Source: the human T2T-CHM13v2.0 reference genome, Homo sapiens. Taken from it: DNA of 64,000 nucleotides. Under the pieces are notes generated by a model, which was not told where the DNA came from, searched no databases, and saw only the letters and a list, made by a program, of their open reading frames with translations. The translations under genes and the position numbers were made by a program. Each line of letters opens with the position of its first letter. Positions within the stretch are counted from its first letter, which is position 1. Location of the stretch: NCBI RefSeq assembly GCF_009914755.1, contig NC_060929.1; one strand, given 5' to 3'. This document shows positions 14,050 to 28,020 of the stretch, piece after piece.

Positions 14050-15960
14050 ACCTCTGGTTTCCGTTCTGATATGTAAAGTCCTTGTAAGTTATCAATCTCA
14101 TAAGAAAAAAAATAATTGATAATGAGAACTCTTGTTAGATTTATTAGAGAATTGAGGTCACATAGCAAACTACCACCCTGGAAACAGAAGACACAGACAA
14201 ATACAGTGAATCACAGCTGATAGAGAGCAGAAGACACTGGAGCCAATAACAGGTAAGAACACTTAAACAGTAATTGACAAATGACTATAGGTTGAGTATG
14301 GATTATTTTGAAAATTAAAACTTCTGGGGACTCCATCTTGGGAAAGATCTCACACTTTCTTGAGTTTTACCTCCAGGATCCCCACCAGGTTCTTTTGGTA
14401 AAGATTGGAAAACACCTTCTACTTCCAGTAGAAAGAGGTAGAGTAGAATGAGGTGGAGTGCCATTTTCAAATATGCTCAGAGCATAATTTTCTCAATAAC
14501 AAATTTCTCTCAAGGGAAAATATTTTACTAGAACCTTCAATGGCCTAGGAAAAGAGGAATTAAACAGCTCCAATATTCTCTAGCCTTCAGATCTCATGTG
14601 AGGGAGAATTTTAAAAGGCTAAGGAATGCTTCCAAAGGTCACTCCCAGAGATTTTGGCACACTCATAAAATGAGCATTTAATCATAAAATTACAGAATGT
14701 CTTCCCTCCCTAATACCTTACCACCACATTGACAGGGATCCAGGATAGAAACAGTGGATTATAACTGAAAGAGCTACAAAACACAGACTCCATTTAAGGA
14801 GTTCCTAAGGAGTCTCAAAGACAACATGGAAATTAAAGCAAGGACATTAGAGGAAATTGAAGCCTCTGATTCCTCAGCTACAGCAAATATTAACCAGAGC
14901 ATAGACTCCTGGCCAAATAAACATAAAACCTCACACAAAAAGCCTATTTCTCTCAATTCTTATTACCTGATACATCATGTTTTTGCTTTCAAAAAAAATA
15001 TTACAAGACATGTTAAAAAGGCAAGAATAAAACAGCCTGAAGAGACACAGCAAACATCCATATTCAGATATGATAGAGATTTGAGAATTATCAGACAAGG
15101 AATTTAAAGTGACTGTAATATAATTCATATGCTAAGGGCTTTAATAAAAAAATCAACAACATGCAAAAACAGATGAATAGTGTAAACAGAGAGATGGAAA
15201 CCTTAAGAAAGAAACAAAAGGAAATGCTAGAAATCAAAAACAGAGAAAGATAATTTTAAAATGACTTCGATGGTTTTATCATTCAACTGGGCACAGATGA
15301 TGGAAAAAAAAATCAGTGAGCTTGAAGATATGTACACAGAAACATCCCAAACAGAAATATGAAGACAAAAATAAAAACAAGCAAAAAATTCTTAAATCAG
15401 AACACTATGCTTAATAACTGTTAGACTATTGCAAAAGATGTAAATACAGATAGTGGGGTTTCTGGAAGGAGAAGAAAGAGAGACGGGCAAGAGAAATATT
15501 TGAACTAATAATAGTGGCTAATAATTTTTCAAAGTTAACGACAATATGCCACAGATACAGGAAGCTCAGAGAACACAAAATAGGGTAAATGTTAAAAAAT
15601 AAACATCTGGGTTTATCATAGTAAAATTTCATAAAATCAAAGACAAAGAGAAATGCTTCAAAGAAGCTAAAAGGGGAAAACTCATTTTACTTATAAAGGA
15701 GCAAGAGTAAGAATTACTTCAGATTTCTCTATAAAAATGATGCAAACAAGAAGAAAGTAGAATAAAATAAAGTATTAAAAATATATACAATAATGACCCA
15801 GAATTTTGAACTGTGAAATTGTCTTCAGAAATAAAGGAGAAATAAAAATTATATTTAAATAAACAAAACCAGAAATAATTTGTTGCCAGTAGAAATGCAT
15901 TGCAAAAAAAATGGTAAAATAAAATCTTTTTTTCCTCTTAATTTATTTAATAGAGCTGTT
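14050..15960 (+). mobile_element. Old L1M 5' UTR and ORF1 remnant (L1MC/MD-type)
   Basis: Degenerate ORF1 phrases (gaattatcagacaaggaatttaaa, gaaatgctagaaatcaaaaa, cagatacaggaagctcagagaaca, aaagacaaagagaaa...aaagaagc) with many stop codons. Confidence 0.8.
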
Positions 15961-15979
15961 TGTTTAAAAAATAATTGTA

Positions 15980-16283
15980 GGCCAGGCGCAGTGCTCATGC
16001 CTGTAATCCCAGCACTTTCGGAGGCCGAGGCAGGTGGATCACCTAAGGTTAGGAGTTGGAGACCAGCCTGACCAACATGGTGAAACCCCATCTCTACTAA
16101 AAATACAAAATAAGCTGGGCGTGGTGGCACATGCCTATAATCACAGCTACTTGGGAGGCTGAGGCAGGAGAACTGCTTGAACCCGGAAGGTGGAGGTTGG
16201 AGTGAGCTGAGATTATGCTACTTCACTCCAGCCTGGGCAACAAGAGAGAAACTCTGCCTCAAAAACAAGCAATCAAACAAATA
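15980..16283 (+). mobile_element. AluS (Sx-like), full length
   Basis: ggccaggcgcagtg... through a degenerate A-tail. TSD-like aaa(t/c)aattgta on both sides. Confidence 0.96.
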
Positions 16284-16999
16284 AACAATTGTAACAATAT
16301 ACTGAGTGATTCAAATAAAAAAAGAATGCTAGCAAGGCAACAAGTTGCAGATGGAGAAATTGAGAATACTCAGTTATAAGGAGAAAGATCAATTATAAAT
16401 ATACAAGAATGTTAATTTAAAAATCTTGATAGTATATTAAAATTCATAGAACTGTACACTAAAAAGGTAAATTTTACTGTATAATAATTTAAAAATATAT
16501 AATATAAAGCTTTATACATATTTAAAACTAATAACTCTGGGAAATCTAGACAAGAAAAATTTTATAATACTAAGCCTATCAATGAATGCTTCATAAATGA
16601 AAGAGCCCAAAATATAAATCAAAATATGAAAGGTAAGACATTTTAACAGCTAGGGACAATGAGGGGAGGCTGTTTGGGTGGAAGAAATGACATTATCAAA
16701 TATTCCAATATGCTTCAGCCAAGGCATGCAAAGAGGAATATGTATTGCCCAGCAAGAAAGCACAGAAGATTATTCAAGAAATAATTCCAGCTCTATCCAC
16801 TGGAAAGATTGGAGCTTCAGTTAGGAATTTAATAAAATAGTCCTATTATGTGATAACAGGCCTTGAAAAAGAATCATGGAAATGAAAGAAGATATATAAT
16901 CAGGAATAGGTTCAAATAGTAACTGGGTAAACTAAAAAGGGCTTTGCATAATTTTTATTTTCTTATTTATTTATTTATTTATTTATTCATTCATTCATG

Positions 17000-18200
17000 C
17001 AAGAATATACTCCTGTCAAGTCATTTTATAATTGGTTTGTGCTCATTATTCCAGTGTCAACTCAAATGCCATATACCCAGATCGATATTTCTCTTGATCA
17101 TACTTTGTCACAGTATTTCATCCTGGTAGAATTATCTGAAATTAACTAAATTAATTTATTTAATTGTTTGTCTCCCAGACCACACTGTAACAGAAGAAAT
17201 TTTGTCAATGGCTGAATCTCAATCATTTTGCAAAGCACATAATGTCAAATCAATATTTGTTTATTGACAAAGCATGTGAAAAATGAAAAAAGGTAATAAT
17301 CAAAAATAATCTGGAGCTTAGAACCCGGAAAACTGGTAAAATACACATCGAATCTAGAGACATCAAAGAAGAAATTTCATTAGTGAAAAATGATCGACTC
17401 AGCTTTGGACATCAATGCTGTTTGCAAATATTGAGGTAGTGATATCTAGTGAGGAGATGAAAATGTAAAATTAGCATTTAGTGGAGTGTTTGAGACTGCA
17501 AATATAGACTAAGCAGTCATTACATTAAATTATTGCTGAAAAAAATAAATTAATGCTGAATAATTAGCAGGAATAAGATGTCTCAGAGAGAGAGGGGCTT
17601 CAAGTGTGTGTGTGAGAGAGATGAAGCAAAGGAAAATAAAAGGGATAGGTCAATAATATACAGAAGCAAATCTGTGTCAAAATCAGAAATAAGAAAGTGT
17701 GAAAAGTTTAATACTGCCAAAAATGAGAAATAGCCAGATTATTAGAAAATCTGGAAGTAAAGTTTGTACGTGAAGTGCAAATATTACTCAAATATATATT
17801 AGAACTTAGAAAACAAAAACTTACAAAAATTGGGTAGAGAAATGCACGTAAAAAAAATAAAATGAGCCCAGAGAAGAAGCGAACATCAGGTATAAAAGTA
17901 ATATGCAGCAACAAGGAAGCAAACATTTGAGAAATCTAACAATGTGGAAAGGTGGGAATATGTCAGAACCTCAAGGAGAAATTTGTTTTTGGAAAGGCAC
18001 AATCTCTTTTTGAAGCAGGAGAACAGGAAAACATGGTAAGTGAGGTAAATTATATTTTAAGAGTGGTGAGACTCTTAAAGATAAGTGAGGTAAATTATAT
18101 TTTAAGAGTGGTGAGACTGAGGAAGGTTATGCCAGATGACCTCCATCCTCAATAAATTATGTAGGATACTTCTCTATTGAAAGAGAAAAATGAGACTGAA
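17000..18200. mobile_element. Diverged L2 fragments
   Basis: caactcaaatgcca, caatatttgtttattga and agctttggacat...tatctagtgagga resemble L2. Boundaries uncertain. Confidence 0.45.
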
Positions 18201-18629
18201 AATGACGTTGAAATAAAGGGTTGGGAAAAAATAGACAAATTTAAAATACTTCTACAGAGACAGAATCAATATGAGATAAATAAAAGAATTGCTGGCTAGA
18301 GGTTAAGAGTTAGGAGACTCAATATCATGTTATTATACTGGGTACCTGTTACATGTTTCCACGAACATTTCCAGTAGTATCAGGCTGAATGAGAACAAGA
18401 AAAGCATGAAGACTCAGGCAGGAAACTGGCTTGGAGAGCACTATTTTTTTTTTTTGTTTACTTGTGTAAATTTAATTATCTAAATCTGTACTCTATTGGC
18501 ACTTCCTTTTAGATGTTTGCTTTCAATGGTTGGTTACCCTCCTATCTCTCTAGTTTCTTGGATGATGAATGGAAAACAAACAAAAAATGTAGTGTGATAA
18601 TGTGTCTACGTTTTGTTTAAGTCTGTAAA

Positions 18630-19262
18630 GGTCTTGCTATGCTTTGCATGTAGAAAGAGAGAAGACTGCTTTCACCCTAACAATGAGAAAGAGACAAATA
18701 ATCTGCAAAATTATAACTTTACTTGAGCCCATCAGAAATAGGAGGTACCAAGGCAACCAAATAAACTGAACTGGAAAGTGTGACAAGTCACTGCTAAGAG
18801 AAATGAGACAGGAACTTTTCACCTTTGGAGGATCATGGGAAAAAGTTAGTTGTTATACAAGAAAATGAGAAAAAGGAAGGTGGCCAAAAATTAACTAATT
18901 TTTAAAAGCCAAGAGTGGGGCAGTATGACAACTTGGAAAAAGGGGGAGCGAAACTCAACATGAATTTACAGCCTTCCAAAAGGGGCTCACAGGAAGAATT
19001 GAAGCAAGGCAAAACAAAACAAAGAAAGCTCTTCTCCATGATACAGGGTGCAGGAGGTGATTGGCTGCTGTGAGAGAAGGACACAAAGCCACGCCCACTT
19101 CCCTCATAACTTTCTCATTGGAGCAAAAACTTTAGGCTACTGGTGAAGGGCAGCTAACTCTCCAGCTCCCAGGGCCAGTGAAAACTCCATTGCTTTTGTG
19201 AGATAGGAGTGAGGGGAAGGAATACACACCTCTTTGTGGGGAAAGATAAGAACACTCTCACT
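18630..19262 (+). mobile_element. Old L1M 5' UTR-like fragment
   Basis: caccctaacaatgagaaa...tctgcaaaattataac...gagcccatcagaaa...aaggcaaccaaataaactgaa resembles L1MC-type 5' ends. Confidence 0.55.
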
Positions 19263-19263
19263 A

Positions 19264-19388
19264 ACAGCATGTAAGTAAAGATACATTGTAGCATACATTA
19301 CATGTATGCTACATGTATGTAAGTAAAGATACATTATACAATGTAAGTAAAGATACATTACAGCATGTAAGTAAAGATACATTGTAGC
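19264..19388. repeat. Complex repeat: four copies of atgtaagtaaagatacatt with a hairpin filler
   Basis: Copies at 19269, 19317, 19341 and 19365, seen directly. Confidence 0.95.
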
Positions 19389-19403
19389 GGGGAGGAATAG
19401 AAG

Positions 19404-19677
19404 TAGGGTTGCCAGATTTTGCAAATAAAAATACAAGATAGTTAAATTTGAATTTCAAATACAATACAAATAACTTTTTTAGTAAAGTATTTTCTTATAT
19501 TGCATGGGACATATTTGCATGGACAGTAAATTCCATGGGATATATAATGATTTTATATATATATTATATATAATGATTTTATATATATGGATATATAATG
19601 CTTAAATATGACAAATGGTTAACTATTTATCATAAATTCATTGAACTTGGAATCTTGTATTTTATCTGGCAACCCGA
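19404..19677. mobile_element. MER53 hAT MITE with internal AT-rich insertion
   Basis: Terminal inverted repeats tagggttgccagat ... atctggcaacccga. Internal gttaaatttgaatttca motif. Confidence 0.88.
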
Positions 19678-20328
19678 GGTAGAGGCCGAAGATTTCTGCC
19701 TATAAAGGAGGAGCAGGAGCTCCTCTTATGAGCAGATGCTATTTACTCAATAGGCCATGTAAATTCAGCATCTGACTAGTTTTCAGTGGCTAATCTGCCA
19801 CTATCATTTCTTATCTGAATTATTGGGAAAGTCCTGTAAGTGGAGTAACTGCTTTCCTCCTTGCCGGAATACAGTCAATTGTCAACACAGAAGACAGAAT
19901 GTTACTATTAAAATCTAAGTCATGTCGTTTTATATCATATGATCTTCAACTCAAGTCTTCCAGTGGCTTCCAGTGTCACTCAGAGAAAAAACCAACATGT
20001 GTGTGGCCTATAAGTCCTTCCCTGAATTCATTTCCTGGCCAACAACAGGCTTTCTTGCTATTTATTGGATTTTCTAATCATATAGCCATTTCTGGTTCTT
20101 TGTGGTTATTTATTCCTCTGCTGAGAAGGCTCTTCTCCCAGCTAGCCACACATGGCTCTCTCTTCTCATTCTTTGGATCTTTTCTCAAATGCCGCTCAGT
20201 TAATTGAGTCCTTCTAGAACTGTGCATACTGCAATTGCACCTCACCATTCCCATCTATCTCACTCTCTCCCCATCATGCTTTATTGTTGATCTAAGACAC
20301 AGCTTATTTTATGTTTTGCTCTGCTTAA

Positions 20329-21050
<722 letters not shown>

Positions 21051-22545
21051 TAGAGGAGTTCCTGGAAACATAATTGATGCCCCATAAATATGTGTTAAAT
21101 AAATGAGTACATGAATGTACAAATGAATGAGAGAACTACAGCATAGAGTTGAGTGAATGTTGCTACCAAAATAAAAATATTCTATTTTACAATATATAAT
21201 AATGCTTTTTAGAAATGTTGAGAAAAACATGGTACATTTATATGCTCTTCCTTCTGAATATTCATACATTAGAGTATGACTTTTCTTGATTCCCTAGGGT
21301 GCCACAGTAACCCTCAATCTCACATTAAGTTTCCACATTGATATAAAGTGCTGCCTCAGATGGGACACACTGTAGCCTTTTAATACCAACATTCATCACG
21401 CTAAAATATATGCATGGCCTATAACTTCTGTGGAATAGCTTACAATGTGGAATAGGAGTGATCCCGAGGCAGAGCTTAAAATAAGCAAATAGGTCAAATG
21501 TTCAACTTACCTGCAATATTTTTAATTACTTGGCATATCTTTTTAAATGAATGTTCAGACCCTATCAAACCATCATGACACTAAACTTAAATGAGAGAAA
21601 TACCAGGAGCCCCATGTGTTTCATCTTTTTTAATGCTCCAAGTAAAATGAATCTTTTGATTTTTTTTTCGTCCTGAAAATGTCTCTAAAGAACCAATGGT
21701 TTAAATGCAAAGTTCTTCCCTTAAGGAAAAGGTTCGAGGTTTTCATTTTTCTAAGAGTAAAATATTACTTTCTCACATGAAAGTTTTGTCTATTTTATTG
21801 CTAGAGTTGAAAAAAGAAAAAGTCTTGGAACTTCTTTAATATAGCCCAATTCATCAAACTGATTCTTTCTTGCTCTAGGTTATTTCTCATTGATATTCCC
21901 TTTGGTTGCTAGAAATTTCTAAATTAGTGTTTCATACAACTATGTGGCAAACATTATTTAGCTAACTATTACCTTTCATTTGTATTCATTTTGTGTATAT
22001 GTGACTTTATCATTGCTTAGCATTATAATAACCATAAACGAGTGATTTATATTGCCATAGATAGAGAGATAAAAGTATTTCATTTAAAAATCAGCATCTT
22101 TTCTTATTATAATCTTTTAAAGAAAGAAACATCATTAAACATAAAATGTCACTATTTGTTTTAGTAGTATATGAGTGTGTGTGCATTACAATACTGGTGA
22201 ACTATAGCTTTCAGCATCTTATTTTTTTGTTTAGATTTTTTAAATCTATGTGTCTTTTAAACCTCAAACTGTTGCCTTCTATTGTTGAAAGAGAAATGAT
22301 GTAATCATGGTAGCAGTAACAACATATACAAGATAAAGAAAGTTTCCCCACATAAGGAAAAAAAATTCATTTCTTCTTTTTATTTCCTGGAAAGTGTACA
22401 TAACTGCTTTGAATTCTACCGATCTAGAAAACGTAAACATATTCCACTCTTGTATTCATCTCTTTGTATGAAGTAACTGCAAGATTCTCTTTAAGGATTA
22501 TTTTCAACCTCTGACTAATTACTATGTAAGTATATCTTCCAGATA

Positions 22546-22877
22546 CAGTCATGTATCACTTAACAATGGGGATACTCTGTGAGAAATGAGTTGTTACATA
22601 ATTTGATAGTTGTGTGAATATTATAGTGTATTTACAAAAAACCTAGACACTGTAGCATACTACACACATAGACTATAGGTTATAGCCTATTGTTCCTAGG
22701 CTACAATTATGTACAGCAGTTACTGTACTGTATGCAACTGTAATACAATGGTAAGCATTTGTGTATCTAAGCATGGTCTAAACATAGAAAAGGTACAATA
22801 AGTATGTTATTTATAGTCTCATGAGACCTCTATGATATAAGTGTCCATTAACTGAAACATTATGTGGCTTATGACTA
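22546..22877 (+). mobile_element. Tigger3a (MER7A-type) DNA transposon
   Basis: cagtcatg...cttaacaatggggatac...cctaggctac...ctaaacatagaaaaggtaca...ttatgtggcttatgact, flanked by TA. Confidence 0.85.
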
Positions 22878-23148
22878 TAAATATTTGGAGGAGACAAAGA
22901 ATCTATAATTTTCATGAGAGTTTATAATCATTAAATAAGATAAATCATTAAAAATATAAATAATATTTATCATTTACTATTAAAAATAACTAGTACTAAA
23001 TTTCAAAAAGTTTTGGTAATTTTCTGTCTCCTGTTTCTATGCTTTGTAAAATTTAATTATGTAAATGCTCCTATGAAATTATACTTTTGTTTACTTTAAA
23101 TAGATTTATACCCAAAACGTAATTTTTACAGTCCTGACGGTTCCTGTC

Positions 23149-23510
23149 TGTGATGGTTAGTTTTATCTGTCAACTTGGCTAGGCCATGGCACCTAGATAT
23201 TTTGCCAAACACCCATCTAGATGGAGCTATTAACATATTTTTTAGATGAGATTAACATTTAAATCAGTAGACTCTAAGCAAAACAGATTAACTTCCATAA
23301 TGTGAGTGGGCCTCATCCAATCAGTAGAAGGCCTTAGAAAAGACTGAGGTCCTCTGAGGCAGAGATAATTCCACCTCTGGACAGCCTTTAGGATCCAACT
23401 GCAACATCAACTCTTCTTTAGTTCTTCAGCTTCTGTCTGCCTGCAGATTTTAGCGTTGCCAACCCTCATAATTGCATAAGCCTATTCCTTAAAGTAGATT
23501 TCTCTCTCTT

Positions 23511-23549
<39 letters not shown>

Positions 23550-24022
23550 GTACCCACACACACACACATACAATCATGTATAGCTTAATAATGGGAATAC
23601 AGCTTAATAATGGCAATACATTCTGAGAAATGCATTGTTAGGAGATTTTGTCACTGTATGAACATCATAGAGTGTGCTTACACAAACCTAGATGGTATAG
23701 CCTACTACATACCTAGGCTATATAGTATAGCCTGTTGTTCCTAGGCCACAAACCTGTACAGCATGTTATTGTACTGAATGCTGTAGGCAATTGTCACACA
23801 GTGGTAAGTATTTGTGTATCTAAGCATATCTAAGCATAGAACAAGTACAGTAAAAATACCATATTGTAATCTTATGGGACCACCACAGTATATGTGGTCT
23901 GTTCTTAATTGAAACATTGTTATGTGGCACAGGACCATATAAATATATACATATGTACAAACATATCCACACAAACGCACACATTCTATTATTCCTTTTC
24001 CTCTGAAGAATCCCAACTAATA
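23149..24022 (+). mobile_element. MLT2B-type (ERVL) solo LTR with internal (CT)n(AT)n(CA)n and a nested Tigger3a
   Basis: Starts tgtgatggttagttttatctgtcaacttggctaggcc and ends ctctgaagaatcccaactaatata. Confidence 0.88.
23571..23938 (+). mobile_element. Tigger3a nested in the MLT2 LTR
   Basis: acattctgagaaatgcattgttagg...cacaaacctagatggtatagcctactaca...aatcttatgggaccacc. Confidence 0.88.
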
Positions 24023-24315
24023 TATCATTTTACCACAGTATCCATTGTAAATATGCTTGGCTTATTGGCTGATACCATCTCTGCTGTAGCCTTTCTTCGG
24101 CCTTTCTTCCCTCTGACCCTTCCCAGGCTACCAAAGCTCACCATTTTGGGCATAGAAGCTCCTGTGGGAAAGAAACAAGAGTTGGGACTTTTGGTGATCT
24201 TATAAATTCAGAGGAGGAAGAATGGAAGAAACTAAAATGAAAGTAAGACAAATGATTTCCAAACTAATCCAGAAAATCATCAGCCTTAGTGAAGATAAAT
24301 TGAGAAGTCAATTTT

Positions 24316-24581
24316 AAAACCAAACACCGCATGTTCTCACTTATAAGTGGAGCTGAACAATGAGAACACATGGACACAGGGAGGATAATAACACATACTG
24401 GGGCCTGTAGGTGGGGGACAGTAGCTGGAAGGAGAGCATTAGGAAAAATAGCTAATGCATGCTGGGCTTAATACCTAGGGGATGGGTTGATAGGTGCAGC
24501 AAACCACCACGGCACACGTTTACCAATGTAACAAACCTGCACATTCTGCACATGTACCCCTGAACTTAAAATAAAAATAAA
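24316..24581 (+). mobile_element. L1PA (older primate, about PA10-13) 3' end, 5'-truncated
   Basis: aaaccaaacaccgcatgttctcacttataagtgg...ctgggcttaatacctagg...aacaaacctgcacattctgcacatgtacccctgaacttaaaataaaa. Confidence 0.93.
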
Positions 24582-26056
24582 GAACTGCCTCTAGATACAC
24601 TCACTATACATTTTAAAAAATTATTTTAAAAAAAACTTTAGGGTTTTCAAAAGGCAATAATTATTTACTAGTGTGAAATAGTTGGCATACTACATTCTTC
24701 CAAAAATATAGCTAAATAAGCAGCCTGTAATTAACAGGAGTTTTGCTCATGTAGAAGGACAGTGACTTTGAACCATAAAACACTTGAAGGCAGGTGAGTG
24801 GAATGGCTCAGCTAGGGGATCCAGGGTGGGTGCCTTCCCACCAGTGTGGGCCGATTAAGGCTCTATCTTGAAGGAAACTGGGTAACAAAGGGTTCTGAAA
24901 GGGAGAACAGCAGATATCAATAATAACAGCAATGGCAATAAGTAATTTCATAGCTTTCTTTAATGTTTAAACTATCCTCAGAAAAATAAGAAATCTCTGC
25001 TTCTTTTTTAGTTTTTATTGTTTTCTATCTTAGAATTCAGAATTCAGGCCGGCAGTATTAGCATTTTGTTCTCACTACATTAGAGTTTGTAGGCATTTAA
25101 AGGCTAAGTTGAGAATTGAACAAGTTTTATATTATTCCCATTGAAGTATTTGTTCAAAGTTGTAAATAATCAACTTAAAATTGAACTTTGAGAACAAAAT
25201 GTAATTTTCAGGCTTGCCAATACTGTTACGTGTATCATCATTCATTTTTAAAACAAAGTGAAGTTGAAAATATTTTGTCATCATTTTTGTTTATCTCTTA
25301 CAGATCTGGATTCATAAAGACTTTCCAAGGTGGTTTAATTATTCCAAACTATAAAAAGCTCTGCTAATATTTACCAATGGGGTTTTTAAACTGCAGAGTA
25401 TTGTTTCTGCTTTGTGACTTTGAAAGTTTAATTGATTGCTCTAGGGACACATTTTCAGTTGATTGATAGGAGAACATTTCAAATATTATAACATTGCATG
25501 TAGACCATAAATTTACAAATTGCTCCTTTATAAAACTGATAAAATTAGATATTTTTCAAAATAAGCAAATATCTGGAAAAAATTAAGACTCTTTGAATAC
25601 ACGATCAAATGAAATAAACTACTATTTACTAAATATCTATTCTGGAGAAGGGAAGGAACATTGGTTAGCAAAGTATAAGGAGAATAAAATTGAGTCCCTT
25701 CACTGAAAAGCCAAGACATAGCATAGAAGAAGAAAGAATTAGCAGTTAGCAAGGCCTCAAAAAAATCTTAGCATTTAGTATGTTCTTCAAATTTAGTACT
25801 TTTTTTTTCAGATCACCTAAGATTCCATTACTATTAAATTAAATTAAATGGAAATTGCTATTTCCATTTAAATCTGGTAAGGCTTGTAATCACATCCTAC
25901 CTAGCTTAATCCTAGTAAATATCATCTTTGAAATGAGATTCAACATATTAATTGTGATCTTTAATACATATTACTTGGCTGTTTTTATATACCACCTAAA
26001 ATCATCATGCATACATCTTGTTGTATACATGGCATACATTGGGAGACACTGCTTTA

Positions 26057-26498
<442 letters not shown>

Positions 26499-27865
26499 CT
26501 AAACCAAAATCTGTCTCCTAATAGTGCCACATGAAAATGTAGATACAAACTGGATTTTATCTATATTTAATTGAAAATTATACTGGGAATATAGTGACCA
26601 TGATTTAAATGACTTCTATTTTAGAAATTATTTATTATTACTTACTAAGATGTTAATTTTAATAAATGTATACTGATTTATAGTGATCCTATTTAGTATT
26701 CTCAAATCATTTGCTTAATCATCTAGTCTAGAATATTTTCAGGATGTGTGGTTGAGTTTACCAATTCTCCTTCTTTATCTCTTTCTTAAAATGGAAATCC
26801 AAAAAGAATTTGCCCACCTGCAACTTTCTAGGTTGCAGTGTCTGTAATTACAAGTATTACAAGTGTCTGTAATTTCATAAAACTCTCCAGTTTTATTTTC
26901 TACTTCTACCGATTCTACAGTTTCATATTTAAGTACTCTTGGTATTTTCAGACATTCCGCAAAGAAACAATTTCATTTGTAAAAGTGCTCTTAACTCTAA
27001 TATTAACATTGAGGTTTTGAGTCTTAAGTCATTAGAAAAATAGCAGAATTACTAGAAAAATGTATAAACAAAAATCATCTAGAGATGAGTAAATTCAAAA
27101 TTTGTTTAAATTATCCTAAGAACATTGTCTGTAAATATTTTATAGTATGCATTGCTGACCAAGACTTTTAAACATTTCTAATTTTACTATGGTTCTTCAT
27201 AGACTTTAAGACATAATTAACCTCAATGCATCAATGTATGTATGTGTACCGTGTATATAATTCTCCGTAGGTACACAAATTACATGCACATATATTTCCT
27301 TTTCCCCACGGAAAGTTATAACTCTTTCCAATTGCAATTTCCTAGATCAATCATCATTCATTCAACCAATTAGCAAACATTGAAACTTGATTTAATAAGA
27401 TGACACATGTCAAGGACAATGTTTTGATCACACCTCCTGGTTATAACAGCTTTTGAGTCAAGCAGAACTATACTCAAAATTACTTGTAAAGAAAAGTTTG
27501 CATTAATTTATTTTAGGAAATCTTTGAAATTATCAGAATTGACATTCTCATTGAATTTTAATGGTTAAGATGACTTTCAGAAAAACACTTAGGCTTCACA
27601 AGTGTCAAAGTTGTTATTTAGTAGTTATTAGCCTAACATTATGTAAGAATTTTTATAACCTGGTATTATATGTCAAATAAACAGAAGCGAAGCTTATTCT
27701 TGTTTAGTTAGGTAGGTATTGAGGAGTAAAAGCTTTCTACCAATTATACACTTAGAAAGCCCTGATTTGTGGATTTGACTATTTAGGAAATATATATACA
27801 TATCTTACCGCAGAAAACATAGATTTGTGTGTTTATGAACATATAGATGCTCTCTGTAATGAGAC

Positions 27866-28020
27866 AGTGTGTGTGTATATATGTGTGTGTATACATACAT
27901 GTGTATATGTGTGTCTATATGTGTGTATATATGTATTGTATATATATATGTGTATATATATATGGGTGTGTTTATATGTATACATGTATACATATACACG
28001 TACACACAATTTATGTATAT
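27866..28020. repeat. (TG)/(TA) low-complexity microsatellite
   Basis: Seen directly; it is the source of the spurious CVYICV ORFs. Confidence 0.95.

Noticed and set aside
19264-19388. CRISPR-like repeat-spacer appearance
   Set aside because: Eukaryotic context. The spacers are 29, 5 and 5 nt and derive from the repeat itself, and there are no cas genes.
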